Below, in pieces: positions 38,616 through 47,812 of a DNA stretch of 64,000 nucleotides (its first letter is position 1; each line of letters opens with the position of its first letter). The stretch is taken from IMG/VR virus record IMGVR_UViG_3300030060_006317, positions 6,196 through 70,195 of that record. One strand, 5' to 3'. The notes beneath the pieces were generated by a model. It saw nothing but the letters and a program-made list of their open reading frames with translations, made no database searches and was not told the DNA's origin. This stretch comes from a virus. Position numbers and translations under genes: made by a program.

Positions 38616-38939
38616 ATGAAACTTACAAAAGAACAGCTAAAACAAATCATCAAAGAAGAGCTTCAGGCTGTTCTAAGGATGAATGAAGGCTACGAGGATT
38701 ATGAAGATCATCCACTTTACAAGAAAATTATAGAACTAAACGCCGAAGCCGAAGAGGCTTTAGATGAATACATTGATTCAACTGAGGATGATTGGCTATC
38801 AGACTATGTAGAGCAGGTTGAAGTAAAAGGTCTCGATGCTGTTGCAAGAGAGTGGATTAGTGATCTTGAGCAAGGCGCACTGGGAGATCAGCTTGCTGCA
38901 TTTGCTGCACAAGACAAGAGTGATGCTTTTTATCACTAA
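38616..38939 (+). CDS. MKLT-leader small acidic protein
   Basis: MKLTKEQLKQIIKEELQAVL. Confidence 0.7.
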   Translation: MKLTKEQLKQIIKEELQAVLRMNEGYEDYEDHPLYKKIIELNAEAEEALDEYIDSTEDDWLSDYVEQVEVKGLDAVAREWISDLEQGALGDQLAAFAAQDKSDAFYH

Positions 38940-38957
38940 CCGAAGGAGAAAATTAAA

Positions 38958-39227
38958 ATGGCAACACTAACAAAAGATGACATTTGGAAAGTAATTCAAA
39001 TGGGACTGGCTACACTCGTTATTCCGCTTGCGGGATGGGTGTGGAACATGAATGTTGAAGTCGCAGAACTGAGAAACGATCTTGGTGACGCAGAGGAGGT
39101 AATCACCTCTCTTGAAAAAAAGCTCCAGGGTTCGGACGACAACGCGAGACAAATCATAGGAATCGAGAAAGACATCGAATACATGAAGGGTTCTCTGGGT
39201 CGGATCGAACAAATGGTGACGAGATGA
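38958..39227 (+). CDS. Single-TM coiled-coil membrane protein
   Basis: Hydrophobic GLATLVIPLAGWVW then coiled coil; AAGGAG RBS. Confidence 0.6.
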   Translation: MATLTKDDIWKVIQMGLATLVIPLAGWVWNMNVEVAELRNDLGDAEEVITSLEKKLQGSDDNARQIIGIEKDIEYMKGSLGRIEQMVTR

Positions 39228-39445
39228 CTGCTGGAATGTTTGTACTATTGTTTAATTCCCCCGTTGCAGATGCAGCGCCTGAGTGTGACGACCTTAAAAA
39301 AGACATGATCGCACTAGAACTATTTCTTAAGGACAAGGAAGATCACAAAGATCATTGTCCAAGATTAAAATGGGTCCAACCAGACATTGAGATATACAAG
39401 AAAACTCTTAAGTCTCAACTTCCGGAGGGATGCAAAAAGGAGTAG
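39224..39445 (+). CDS. Small secreted Cys-containing protein
   Basis: ATGA overlap; signal-like N-terminus; three Cys. Confidence 0.5.
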   Translation: MTAGMFVLLFNSPVADAAPECDDLKKDMIALELFLKDKEDHKDHCPRLKWVQPDIEIYKKTLKSQLPEGCKKE

Positions 39446-39448
39446 AAG

Positions 39449-39607
39449 GTGACACCGGTTGACTTAGCATTTAAAGCAATTTTTTGGAAGGCGATGTTCT
39501 TTGGGATAATAATTCCAACCATCGCCTTTTGCTGTTTTTACTACTTATCATACCGGCAACAAAAAGAGTTTTTAAAACAACTAAGAGATCAATTGGAGAA
39601 AAAATGA
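39449..39607 (+). CDS. Small membrane protein
   Basis: GTG start after AAGGAG; MTPVDLAFKAIFWKAMFFGIIIPTIAFCCFYYL...; stop overlaps next ATG. Confidence 0.45.
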   Translation: MTPVDLAFKAIFWKAMFFGIIIPTIAFCCFYYLSYRQQKEFLKQLRDQLEKK

Positions 39608-40203
39608 TTACAGCAATGGGCGACGTCATGAGACGTGCATATGAAAGAGGATGGATAACAACCAGAGATGGAAATGTTTCCGTGAAGAGAAGTGGGAGTG
39701 ACATATTCTATATCACACCTAGTGGTTGGAGAAAAACAATCATCCACCCAGAACACATGATAAAAGTCGAACTAACTCCCGCTGGTCTTACAATTTTAGA
39801 CAACCATGCAAAACCTTCTGGTGAATTGTCGATGCATGCCAAACTTCTTAGGTTTAGAAAATACACAACGTCGGTGGTGCACCTTCACCCCACAAACATA
39901 ATAGCGGCTATGTATGCTGGAGTAGATCTTCAAAACCTGGCAGCAGAGTTTCCGGAAGTATCTAGATACACAAAAGTGGGACCTTCTGTCCCAGTGTTAC
40001 CTGTCACATCACATGAGTTGGCAGAGGCCACACATGAAGCTTTTACTCAATTCAAGACCGAAGGGACAAATAGGCTCAAGTTTGACATTGTTGGGCAAAA
40101 AAACCACGGTGTATGTGCGATAGGGAAAAATCCGTGGGATGCTTTTGAGCACATTGAAAGGTTGGAACATATATGCGAAATATTTTTAAAAAGTAGAAAG
40201 TAA
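39604..40203 (+). CDS. Class II aldolase/adducin-family protein
   Basis: GNVSV, FYITPSG, KPSGELSMH, VVHLHP, NHGV. Confidence 0.85.
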   Translation: MITAMGDVMRRAYERGWITTRDGNVSVKRSGSDIFYITPSGWRKTIIHPEHMIKVELTPAGLTILDNHAKPSGELSMHAKLLRFRKYTTSVVHLHPTNIIAAMYAGVDLQNLAAEFPEVSRYTKVGPSVPVLPVTSHELAEATHEAFTQFKTEGTNRLKFDIVGQKNHGVCAIGKNPWDAFEHIERLEHICEIFLKSRK

Positions 40204-40213
40204 ACAAAAACAC

Positions 40214-40242
40214 TTGACAAAAAACTATTTACATGTTATATT
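40214..40242 (+). promoter_or_regulatory. Sigma70-type promoter with late motif ACTATTTA in its spacer
   Basis: TTGACA-AAAAACTATTTACATGT-TATATT. Confidence 0.7.
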
Positions 40243-40260
40243 ACTATAGAGGTAAGAATA

Positions 40261-41013
40261 ATGAAATTAATTTTAGAAAGTTGGAGAAAGTTTCAAGATT
40301 TGGATGAAGCTACCAGAAGAGACTTGATTCGCGGAGCCGCCGCTGGTGGTGCTCTTACCGCTGCAGGCGCTAATATTTTCGGCGATGATGATGTGGAGCC
40401 TGAAGATATAGCCAAAGCTACACAAGAAAAAGAAAAGGCTGCAAAAATAGATTATGGAAAAGAAGCTCTATCAAAACTTAGGTGGGTTCCAAATGTTGAG
40501 AATTATTATTTAGCACCAGCTACTGACACTTCGACTGGACAATCATATGTTTATATACCTCTGTCAATGCTTTATGATATGGCCGATACCGACAATGATC
40601 TTTTCATGGATGTTGATGATGCAAAAGACTTTTATTTAAATTGGACTATAGGTCAAATTCACAGGTATGTTTTTGGAGAATTAGCATTTTGGGGAACCGA
40701 AGTTAGTGATGACCCGAATAGTATGAAGTTGGCACAAACCATGACTGTTAAAAACAATCGAAACCAATCTGTAGTATTGAAAAAACTTCCTATAGCGTGG
40801 ACTGTATCGATGAATGTTTGGCTTGATAGAATGGTCAATTTCGACGGAGAACTATCGAGATCCACAGCAACTCAAAAAAGACAATTAATGATTGACCAAC
40901 AAGTAAGCGAAAGTAGTTACAAAAAACTTCTTCAAGATTACGAGAGGGTTATGAATAGCCTAAACAATCCAGTTACGGTAAAAAACCCAGACTATTTTGT
41001 ACCACTACAATAG
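40261..41013 (+). CDS. Leader-bearing protein with internal twin-arginine motif
   Basis: MKLILESWRKFQDLDE-ATRRDLIRGAAAGGALTAAG. Confidence 0.7.
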   Translation: MKLILESWRKFQDLDEATRRDLIRGAAAGGALTAAGANIFGDDDVEPEDIAKATQEKEKAAKIDYGKEALSKLRWVPNVENYYLAPATDTSTGQSYVYIPLSMLYDMADTDNDLFMDVDDAKDFYLNWTIGQIHRYVFGELAFWGTEVSDDPNSMKLAQTMTVKNNRNQSVVLKKLPIAWTVSMNVWLDRMVNFDGELSRSTATQKRQLMIDQQVSESSYKKLLQDYERVMNSLNNPVTVKNPDYFVPLQ

Positions 41014-41021
41014 GAGAGACA

Positions 41022-41153
41022 ATGATATTATTTATTTTACTACTTTTTACTACAAATGCGGGACTTACACCGACAGAGAAAGCATCTGAAAACATAGAAG
41101 CTTACACTAATATTTGTATTACTTTATCAGAAGATCCAAAAAAATGTAAATAA
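41022..41153 (+). CDS. Small secreted peptide
   Basis: GGAG RBS; MILFILLLFTTNAG...CITLSEDPKKCK*. Confidence 0.45.
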   Translation: MILFILLLFTTNAGLTPTEKASENIEAYTNICITLSEDPKKCK

Positions 41154-41158
41154 AATAC

Positions 41159-41187
41159 TTGACAAACGTTCTTCAACATGTTATATT
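41159..41187 (+). promoter_or_regulatory. Sigma70-type promoter
   Basis: TTGACA-17-TATATT. Confidence 0.8.
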
Positions 41188-41208
41188 ATAATATACAACG
41201 GAGGACAC

Positions 41209-42147
41209 ATGAATTACAATTTAGGCTATGCGTGTATCAACACGGAATTATCATCTTTGAAACCAAAGGTTTCAACCAATCGCACAATGCGACGAAAAAC
41301 ATTTGACGAAAAAGGTCTTAATTACACATCAGAACTTATCTTACAAAACGTAACCGACCTACTTACTATTCTCAAGTGGAACGCAGCGAACGATATTCAC
41401 TTCTTTCGCCTGTCCTCTGAGATATTCCCTTGGGCTTCTGAATACAAACTTGAAGACCTCAAAGACTTCGACGCAATTGAGGAAGCTCTTTATGAAGCCG
41501 GTCTGTTTGCTAGTGAGAACAACATTCGTCTCACATGTCATCCGGGTCCCTTCAACAAACTTTGTTCTCCTAATGAGCAGGTTGTGCTTAACACCATCAA
41601 AGATCTTGAGATTAACGGCAAGATGATGGATCTCTTGTGCCAACCTCGCTCACCTTGGGCAAAGATCAACATCCATGTAGGAGGAGCTTACAATGATAAA
41701 CCTATGGCCCTTGGCAATTTTTGCCGGAACTTCGCTAGATTATCGGAAGCTGTACGGACTAGACTGACTGTAGAGAATGACGACAAAGAGTCGCTTTACT
41801 CAACTCAAGAACTTTACGATGGTATATTCAAACAAATAGGCATCCCCATCGTCCACGACTATCATCATCACACTTTGTGCACTGGTGGTCTGTCGCAACA
41901 GGATGCCGTTGAGTTGGCTTTGACGACTTGGGGCGATGTTGTCCCTGTTGTCCACTACAGCCAGTCACGTTCTGTGGAACACAACGATCCAAAGATCAGA
42001 CCACAGGCACACAGCGACTCTTATTGGACTCCAATAGATACCTATGGTCATCGAATGGACATCATGCTGGAGTGTAAACATAAAGAGATTGGATTGTTTA
42101 AAATGAGGGAACTTATGGCTTCTAAAAAACTACTTATGTGTGCGTAA
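41209..42147 (+). CDS. uvsE: UV damage endonuclease
   Basis: LGYACIN, FFRLSS, RLTCHPG, INIHVGG, RLTVENDD, DYHHH, AHSD, MLECKHKE. Confidence 0.92.
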   Translation: MNYNLGYACINTELSSLKPKVSTNRTMRRKTFDEKGLNYTSELILQNVTDLLTILKWNAANDIHFFRLSSEIFPWASEYKLEDLKDFDAIEEALYEAGLFASENNIRLTCHPGPFNKLCSPNEQVVLNTIKDLEINGKMMDLLCQPRSPWAKINIHVGGAYNDKPMALGNFCRNFARLSEAVRTRLTVENDDKESLYSTQELYDGIFKQIGIPIVHDYHHHTLCTGGLSQQDAVELALTTWGDVVPVVHYSQSRSVEHNDPKIRPQAHSDSYWTPIDTYGHRMDIMLECKHKEIGLFKMRELMASKKLLMCA

Positions 42148-42162
42148 CATTGGAGGTTAGCA

Positions 42163-42420
42163 ATGGATGAATATTGTGATGTTTGTGAATGTGATCCTTG
42201 TGATTGTCATGGGTCAACACCGGATAAAATGAGATATGCATATGTCAAATATAAAAATAATTATTATGTTCCTAGAGCCCCATCATTTTGTATGGCAAGA
42301 GAAAGAAACGATGCATTTAAGCAAAAATTGAAAATCGAACCAGTAATTGTAGGAACATTCGAATGGGAAAAATTATCTATAGATTCAGATGTATCATATT
42401 TGGAAGTTGACAATGTTTAA
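42163..42420 (+). CDS. Hypothetical protein with CDVCECDPCDC motif
   Basis: 85 aa, GGAGG RBS. Confidence 0.55.
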   Translation: MDEYCDVCECDPCDCHGSTPDKMRYAYVKYKNNYYVPRAPSFCMARERNDAFKQKLKIEPVIVGTFEWEKLSIDSDVSYLEVDNV

Positions 42421-42634
42421 TGTTGGAGACTTAGTCACCCTTAAGAAAAAAGGTATAGCCAAAACTCGATACCATCCAGATAAAAAAATTGGTATTGTTC
42501 GTGAAGTTAGACGTGAAGTATTTTATACTTACACTGGCGAGTTGGACGATGCTATCACTGTTTACTGGATGCCATTGGATACTCACGAAACTGTGATGGA
42601 GTTTTATTTAGAATTTGCGGAAAAACTATGTTAG
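42413..42634 (+). CDS. Small SH3/KOW-like protein
   Basis: MFNVGDLVTL...IGIVRE...VYW...YLEFA; DNA GTTGGAGACTTAGT like the array junction. Confidence 0.65.
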   Translation: MFNVGDLVTLKKKGIAKTRYHPDKKIGIVREVRREVFYTYTGELDDAITVYWMPLDTHETVMEFYLEFAEKLC

Positions 42635-42786
42635 GTAAATTAGTCATGCCGAATTGGAATTATGGAGTAGGAATTATTACAAGTTCAGACTGGGTCGACA
42701 ACCTCTGGGAAATCTATAAAATCTACGACTTCACAACAATGACTTACTATTGGGTAGATCCAGATGATATTCAAATAATTGGATAA
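42628..42786 (+). CDS. Small SH3-like protein
   Basis: MLGKLVMP..NYGVGIIT...YWVDPDDIQII. Confidence 0.5.
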   Translation: MLGKLVMPNWNYGVGIITSSDWVDNLWEIYKIYDFTTMTYYWVDPDDIQIIG

Positions 42787-42792
42787 AGATAC

Positions 42793-42821
42793 TTGACAAC
42801 TATGTCTAAATGTGTTATATT
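42793..42821 (+). promoter_or_regulatory. Sigma70-type promoter
   Basis: TTGACA-17-TATATT. Confidence 0.8.
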
Positions 42822-42847
42822 ATATTATAATCAATCATGGAGGACAC

Positions 42848-45800
42848 ATGAATTTAAAGAAAGAACAATTTGTAAACTTGCACGGTCACTCGTGCTTTTC
42901 GCTTTTTGATGGGTTTGGATTCCCACAAGAGCACATGAACTTTGCTCATAGCAATGGTTCAAAAGCCTTGGCACTAACTGACCATGGCTCAATGAATGGT
43001 TTATCATATCAATTGCTAAGAGCAAAAGAAATGAAAGCCGAAGGAATAGACTTCAAGCCAATCTTTGGCGTTGAGGCTTATTACATTGATTCAATTGATG
43101 ATTGGCGTGAATTACGCAATGAGATTGCACAAGACAAGAAACGTGCAAAAGAAGTTGACAAAGGTGATTCTGCGATGGTTGTCGAAGACGAACAAAGGAA
43201 TGATAAGAGAGCTTTGTCTCGTAAGCGCCACATTGTCCTTCTAGCCCAGAACCAGAAAGGACTTGAGAACATCTATGAAATGGTTTCCAAGTCTTACTCT
43301 GGCGACTACTTCTATCGTAAGCCACGTATCGACTGGGAACTTCTCAAGAAGCATCAAGAGGGCGTCATTGTCCTTACAGCGTGTCTTGGAGGTATCGCTG
43401 CGGGTTCTATGTGGAAACATCAAGAGGACGGCGAGGATGCAATTGTCGAGGACATGTTAGTAAACTTGACCAAATTTAAGGAAACATTTGGCGATAGATT
43501 CTATGCAGAATTACAGTGGAATAACATTCCAGAACAGCATCTGCTAAATCGTTGCCTAATTAAAGTAGCGGAACAGCTTGATCTAAGGCTGGTTTCTACT
43601 TGTGACTCTCACTATCCAACACCAGATGCGTGGAAAGATAGAGAGGTTTATAAGCGTCTAGGCTGGCTTGGTAAAATGCCGGCTTGGATGGAAGATGAGA
43701 TCCCAGTATCAGTAGAGGAAATCGGTTATGAACTTTATCCAAAGAACGCGCAAGAAATGTGGGAATCTTATCGAAGATACTCTAATGATTTGGGTGTGTC
43801 TTATGACGATGATCTTGTTATTCAGTCCATTACTAACACAGCGAGCATCGCTTTCGAACAGATTGAAGATTTTCTTCCTGACACTAGTGTGCAGTTGCCT
43901 TCTTTTATGGTACCAAGCGATAAAAGCGCTGACGAAGCTTTATCAGATCTCGCAGAAAAAGCTTTGGGAACCTATCTCCGTGGAACGGATAAGACTACAA
44001 AAAGGCGGTACAGAAGAAGATTGGAGGAAGAATTAGATGTTATCTCGTCTCAAAAATTTAGTGAATACTTTTTGGCGACCAAAGCAATTACTGATTTCTC
44101 ATGGAATTATACTTTTGTTGGTCCCGCTCGCGGTTCGGCAGCTGGCTCTTTACTTGCTTTCCTACTAAAGATTACACAGATTGATCCGATCAAGTGGAAC
44201 CTTCCTTTCGAACGTTTCCTTACTCGTGGTTCTTCCGGCTTTCCGGACATCGACATTGACTTTGGAGACAACTCTCTAATCAAAGACAAGATGGTCGAGG
44301 AATGGGGAGAAGACTCAGTTGCGTTTATCTCAAACTATAACACTCTTCAGCTGTCCTCATTGATCAAAGACATTTCTAAGCGAGAAGGTGTTGACTTCAC
44401 CATTGTTAACAAAGTCACCAAGGCTATGTTAGCAGAGGCTACGCCAATTGCAAAGAAGAAGCACGGCATCAAAGCAGGTGTTTACACTCCCACGTTTCAC
44501 GAAGTTTGTGAGTATTCCGAAAGCCTCCAGAATTTTTTCCGACAATTTCCTGAGATTCAAGCACAAGTGTTTGGGTTGATTGGCCAACCACGATCTATCG
44601 GTCGTCATGCGGCTGGCGCTATCATTGGAGACTATCTACCAAGTAAGATGCCATTGATTACTTCTAAAGGCATCAGACAGACACCTTGGGCTGAGGGTCA
44701 GAACGTTCGTCACCTCGAACCACTTGGTTTCATCAAGTTCGATATTCTTGGTCTTGAGACCCTTAAGATGTTCGAGGATGCAATCCAGCGTATCCTAATC
44801 AATCAAGGCACTCGCAACCCTACATTTGAGGATTGCAGACAGTGGTACATGGAAAATCTCCACCCATCTGTATTAGATATGGATGACCCGGTTGTCTATG
44901 AAGAGGTGTTTCATGAGGGTAAATTTGCTGGTATTTTCCAGTTTATGAACGGCGGTATGCAACGACTAGGTAAGAATGCTAAAGTGTCTTCTATTGAGGA
45001 AATTGCGACCGTGAGTGCGATCTATCGTCCCGGTCCTTTATCTGCGAACGTTGATAAGATGTATGTTAAGGCTAAGTTCGGAGACGATGACATTGAGTAT
45101 GATCACCCTCTTGTCGAGCAGGTGTTGGGCAAGACCTTTGGTCTGATTGTGTTCCAAGAGGACATCATGAATTTGGTGAACACCCTTGGAGATAAGATTA
45201 CCATGTCGGATGCGAATGTGTTGCGTAAGTTGTTGACCAAGAAAGGTTTGTCCGAGACAAAGATGAGAAAGAAAAAGGATCTTTATGATCGCTTCGTCAA
45301 AGGTTGCGAGAAGAAAGGAATGTCTTTCACTCAAGCGAAAGTCTTGTGGGATAAGATGGAATACTTCTCTGGCTATGGTTTCTCAAAGAACCATGCGATC
45401 CCTTACTCAATCATTTCTTATCAGTGTGCTTGGATGCAGACTTACTATCAAGACGAATGGGTCTCTTCTTTCCTTGACCACGAACCGGAAAAGCGTAAAG
45501 AGGCAGCGATTAACATTGCTCGTTCGTTTGGCTACGAAGTCAAAGCACTAGATATTAACACATCAGGAAAGCGATGGGAAGTTGTAAACAACAAATTAGT
45601 TTCTCCACTAACGACCATTAAGGGTCTTGGTGATGCTGCGATTGATGAGATCATATTGAAGCGTCCATTTGAGTCCGTAGAGGATCTCTTGTTTGACAAA
45701 GGTGTGATAGCACGGAAAGTCAACAAGAAGTCTCTAGATGCGATGTGTCGAGCCGGTGCAATGGAATCCTTGATGGATGACCGCTTCTTTGGAGACAAAC

Positions 45801-46276
45801 ACTTCTGGTCTGCGGTTGTTGTTGATAAACCAAAGAACAAGAAGAAATTGGACTCTAACATTGAGAAATATAAAGACGAGGGAACATTCACAAAAAGCGA
45901 AAGAATTAATCACTTACAAGCCTTGACCGGAATCTATCCGATTAACATGGTTGTTCCTGTAAAGGCATACCAGTTCTTCGAGATGCAAGGTATCAATCCT
46001 ATCTCAGAGTATGATCCAGAGTTAGGTATGGCTTGGTGTGTTCCAACGAACGTGACTGAGCGCAAGACTAAAACTGGTAAATCTTACTATCAAGTCACAG
46101 TCATTGACTCTAATATGGAGACGCAAAGAATAAATTGTTGGGGAGTTGATCCAACAAGAGACTTTATTTATCCTCATCGACTTTATGTCCTCAGCTGGCC
46201 AAAATACAATGCGACGTGGGGTTTCTCGACAAACGGGGGATTATCTCGCAATTGGAAACTAATGCCTGTAATTTAG
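42848..46276 (+). CDS. dnaE: DNA polymerase III alpha subunit (family C)
   Basis: PHP LHGHSCFSLFDG, ALTDHG, GPARGSAAGS, FERFL, PDIDIDF, IKFDILGL, YRPGP, YGFSKNHA. Confidence 0.95.
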   Translation: MNLKKEQFVNLHGHSCFSLFDGFGFPQEHMNFAHSNGSKALALTDHGSMNGLSYQLLRAKEMKAEGIDFKPIFGVEAYYIDSIDDWRELRNEIAQDKKRAKEVDKGDSAMVVEDEQRNDKRALSRKRHIVLLAQNQKGLENIYEMVSKSYSGDYFYRKPRIDWELLKKHQEGVIVLTACLGGIAAGSMWKHQEDGEDAIVEDMLVNLTKFKETFGDRFYAELQWNNIPEQHLLNRCLIKVAEQLDLRLVSTCDSHYPTPDAWKDREVYKRLGWLGKMPAWMEDEIPVSVEEIGYELYPKNAQEMWESYRRYSNDLGVSYDDDLVIQSITNTASIAFEQIEDFLPDTSVQLPSFMVPSDKSADEALSDLAEKALGTYLRGTDKTTKRRYRRRLEEELDVISSQKFSEYFLATKAITDFSWNYTFVGPARGSAAGSLLAFLLKITQIDPIKWNLPFERFLTRGSSGFPDIDIDFGDNSLIKDKMVEEWGEDSVAFISNYNTLQLSSLIKDISKREGVDFTIVNKVTKAMLAEATPIAKKKHGIKAGVYTPTFHEVCEYSESLQNFFRQFPEIQAQVFGLIGQPRSIGRHAAGAIIGDYLPSKMPLITSKGIRQTPWAEGQNVRHLEPLGFIKFDILGLETLKMFEDAIQRILINQGTRNPTFEDCRQWYMENLHPSVLDMDDPVVYEEVFHEGKFAGIFQFMNGGMQRLGKNAKVSSIEEIATVSAIYRPGPLSANVDKMYVKAKFGDDDIEYDHPLVEQVLGKTFGLIVFQEDIMNLVNTLGDKITMSDANVLRKLLTKKGLSETKMRKKKDLYDRFVKGCEKKGMSFTQAKVLWDKMEYFSGYGFSKNHAIPYSIISYQCAWMQTYYQDEWVSSFLDHEPEKRKEAAINIARSFGYEVKALDINTSGKRWEVVNNKLVSPLTTIKGLGDAAIDEIILKRPFESVEDLLFDKGVIARKVNKKSLDAMCRAGAMESLMDDRFFGDKHFWSAVVVDKPKNKKKLDSNIEKYKDEGTFTKSERINHLQALTGIYPINMVVPVKAYQFFEMQGINPISEYDPELGMAWCVPTNVTERKTKTGKSYYQVTVIDSNMETQRINCWGVDPTRDFIYPHRLYVLSWPKYNATWGFSTNGGLSRNWKLMPVI

Positions 46277-46299
46277 GATAAAAAAATGACCTCATGCCC

Positions 46300-46328
46300 T
46301 TGACAAATCGTCTTGGGCATGTTATAAT
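46300..46328 (+). promoter_or_regulatory. Sigma70-type promoter flanked by an inverted repeat
   Basis: TTGACA-17-TATAAT; CATGCCC (46293-46299) / GGGCATG (46315-46321). Confidence 0.8.
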
Positions 46329-46354
46329 ATATTATACTCAACCAAGGAGGAATT

Positions 46355-46666
46355 ATGAGTTTTGAATTTGTAACCGGTATTAATAATACCACACCAATGG
46401 CTGTTGTTGAAAAAGCAGATGATGCCAAAACAACTGAAGAGCACATGGCAGACTATATTGAGAGCCTACGCGTTCTAGAGGAAGAAATGGAACCATTTAA
46501 GGAGCAAAAGCGCGATTTAAAAGCAAATTATGTTGAAAACGGATGGCTTACGAAAGGAGAAATATCTCTTGCTGTTAAAGCTTATCGTCTTGCAAAAGAT
46601 GACACCGATATGTCTGCTTTGATTGATATGGTGGAGGCACTTAAAAGCAAAGGAGTTGGGCAATGA
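46355..46666 (+). CDS. dsDNA-binding protein (T4 DsbA/GapR-like)
   Basis: YIESLRVLEEEMEPFKEQKRDLKANY..NG.LTK.EI..AVKAYR helical pattern. Confidence 0.55.
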   Translation: MSFEFVTGINNTTPMAVVEKADDAKTTEEHMADYIESLRVLEEEMEPFKEQKRDLKANYVENGWLTKGEISLAVKAYRLAKDDTDMSALIDMVEALKSKGVGQ

Positions 46667-46866
46667 GATTCATAACAATAAAAACAAAATGGGGTGAATC
46701 AGTTGCCATTAATACCAACAACATCACAAGTATTAAGTCAGATAATGAATCAGTTTTAATTTACATGTGTGGAGACAAACCTATTGTCACCCAATTTACC
46801 GACATTGAACATGCTGTTGACTATGTGCAAAGAGCACCATCCGTATCTTTGAGGTTGGCAAAATGA
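46663..46866 (+). CDS. Small FlbD-like protein
   Basis: FITIKT..GESVAINTNNITSI.....IYM.G. Confidence 0.45.
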   Translation: MRFITIKTKWGESVAINTNNITSIKSDNESVLIYMCGDKPIVTQFTDIEHAVDYVQRAPSVSLRLAK

Positions 46867-47276
46867 CCTTAAATGAACTAATGATTGATGTCGCTCTCTT
46901 TGGAGAGTGTGGAGATGTGAAAAAGATCAAAGAAGAAGGTTGGGATAGTGAAGAACAATTTTTAGATGAGTTTCAAAAACTGAAAGGAATTGAATGGTCT
47001 TATTATAAAGATGGTCGAAAAGTCATGATCTTAGACAAAGCAAACGGCGAAGGCGGTTGGGACTGCAAATTCGTTGTTAAGGACGGATGGGTTGCCACAT
47101 TTAACTATGCACTGCTCGAGATCCAGATGGAAGAACGAAAAAATAAAAAAGAAAAATCCAGACGCGATGATTATGATCACTACGACGATGATGACTTGTA
47201 TTATTACGACGACGATGATGGCCACGAAGACTATGGTCTTGATGACTACAATGATGATTACGGATGGTGGAGATAA
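46863..47276 (+). CDS. Hypothetical protein with Asp/Tyr-rich tail
   Basis: C-terminal DDYDHYDDDDLYYYDDDD... Confidence 0.6.
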   Translation: MTLNELMIDVALFGECGDVKKIKEEGWDSEEQFLDEFQKLKGIEWSYYKDGRKVMILDKANGEGGWDCKFVVKDGWVATFNYALLEIQMEERKNKKEKSRRDDYDHYDDDDLYYYDDDDGHEDYGLDDYNDDYGWWR

Positions 47277-47363
47277 TATCGATCAACCCACCCCGTTTCG
47301 CGCCACGAAAAAATTTCTTAAAACAGAGCCTTAAATGGCATCTTTAATTTGATAGGAGACAGA

Positions 47364-47558
47364 ATGAAAGATAAACTTATAACAGCAGCAATAATGCACT
47401 TCGAAGCAGTGAAGCTAAGAGCAGAAGCGAACCTTGAGGTTTATTTTTCAAATTCTGTTGGCGTCGGAGAACACAAAGATCTTGTGCAAGAAGTGATTGA
47501 ACTAACAAAAACAATCGCTGAAGCAGAAGAAGCAATAAAATATTTGGAGAGAAAATAA
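47364..47558 (+). CDS. Small hypothetical phage protein
   Basis: AEANLEVYFSNSVGVGEHKDLVQE, a pattern recalled from marine myoviruses. Confidence 0.6.
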   Translation: MKDKLITAAIMHFEAVKLRAEANLEVYFSNSVGVGEHKDLVQEVIELTKTIAEAEEAIKYLERK

Positions 47559-47812
47559 TGGAAATAACAAATGAACAACAAGATGATACGTCGCTTTTAA
47601 CAAAGGCTGATCTAGTATCAGCAACCTGGGCAATAAGTGAGGTTTTCAACTACATGCTTGAAGGTTATAATAAAGAGGAGTATGGCGAAATGACAAAAGA
47701 ACAAGCTGAACACACTCTTAACTCGCTGAGAACAGCTTTTATAAAATTTGATTCAATTTTACAATCAACAACGGGAGAAACAGATGAAAGTGAAATTCAG
47801 GAAAATTCGTGA
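47558..47812 (+). CDS. Hypothetical protein
   Basis: 84 aa, TAATG coupling. Confidence 0.55.
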   Translation: MEITNEQQDDTSLLTKADLVSATWAISEVFNYMLEGYNKEEYGEMTKEQAEHTLNSLRTAFIKFDSILQSTTGETDESEIQENS

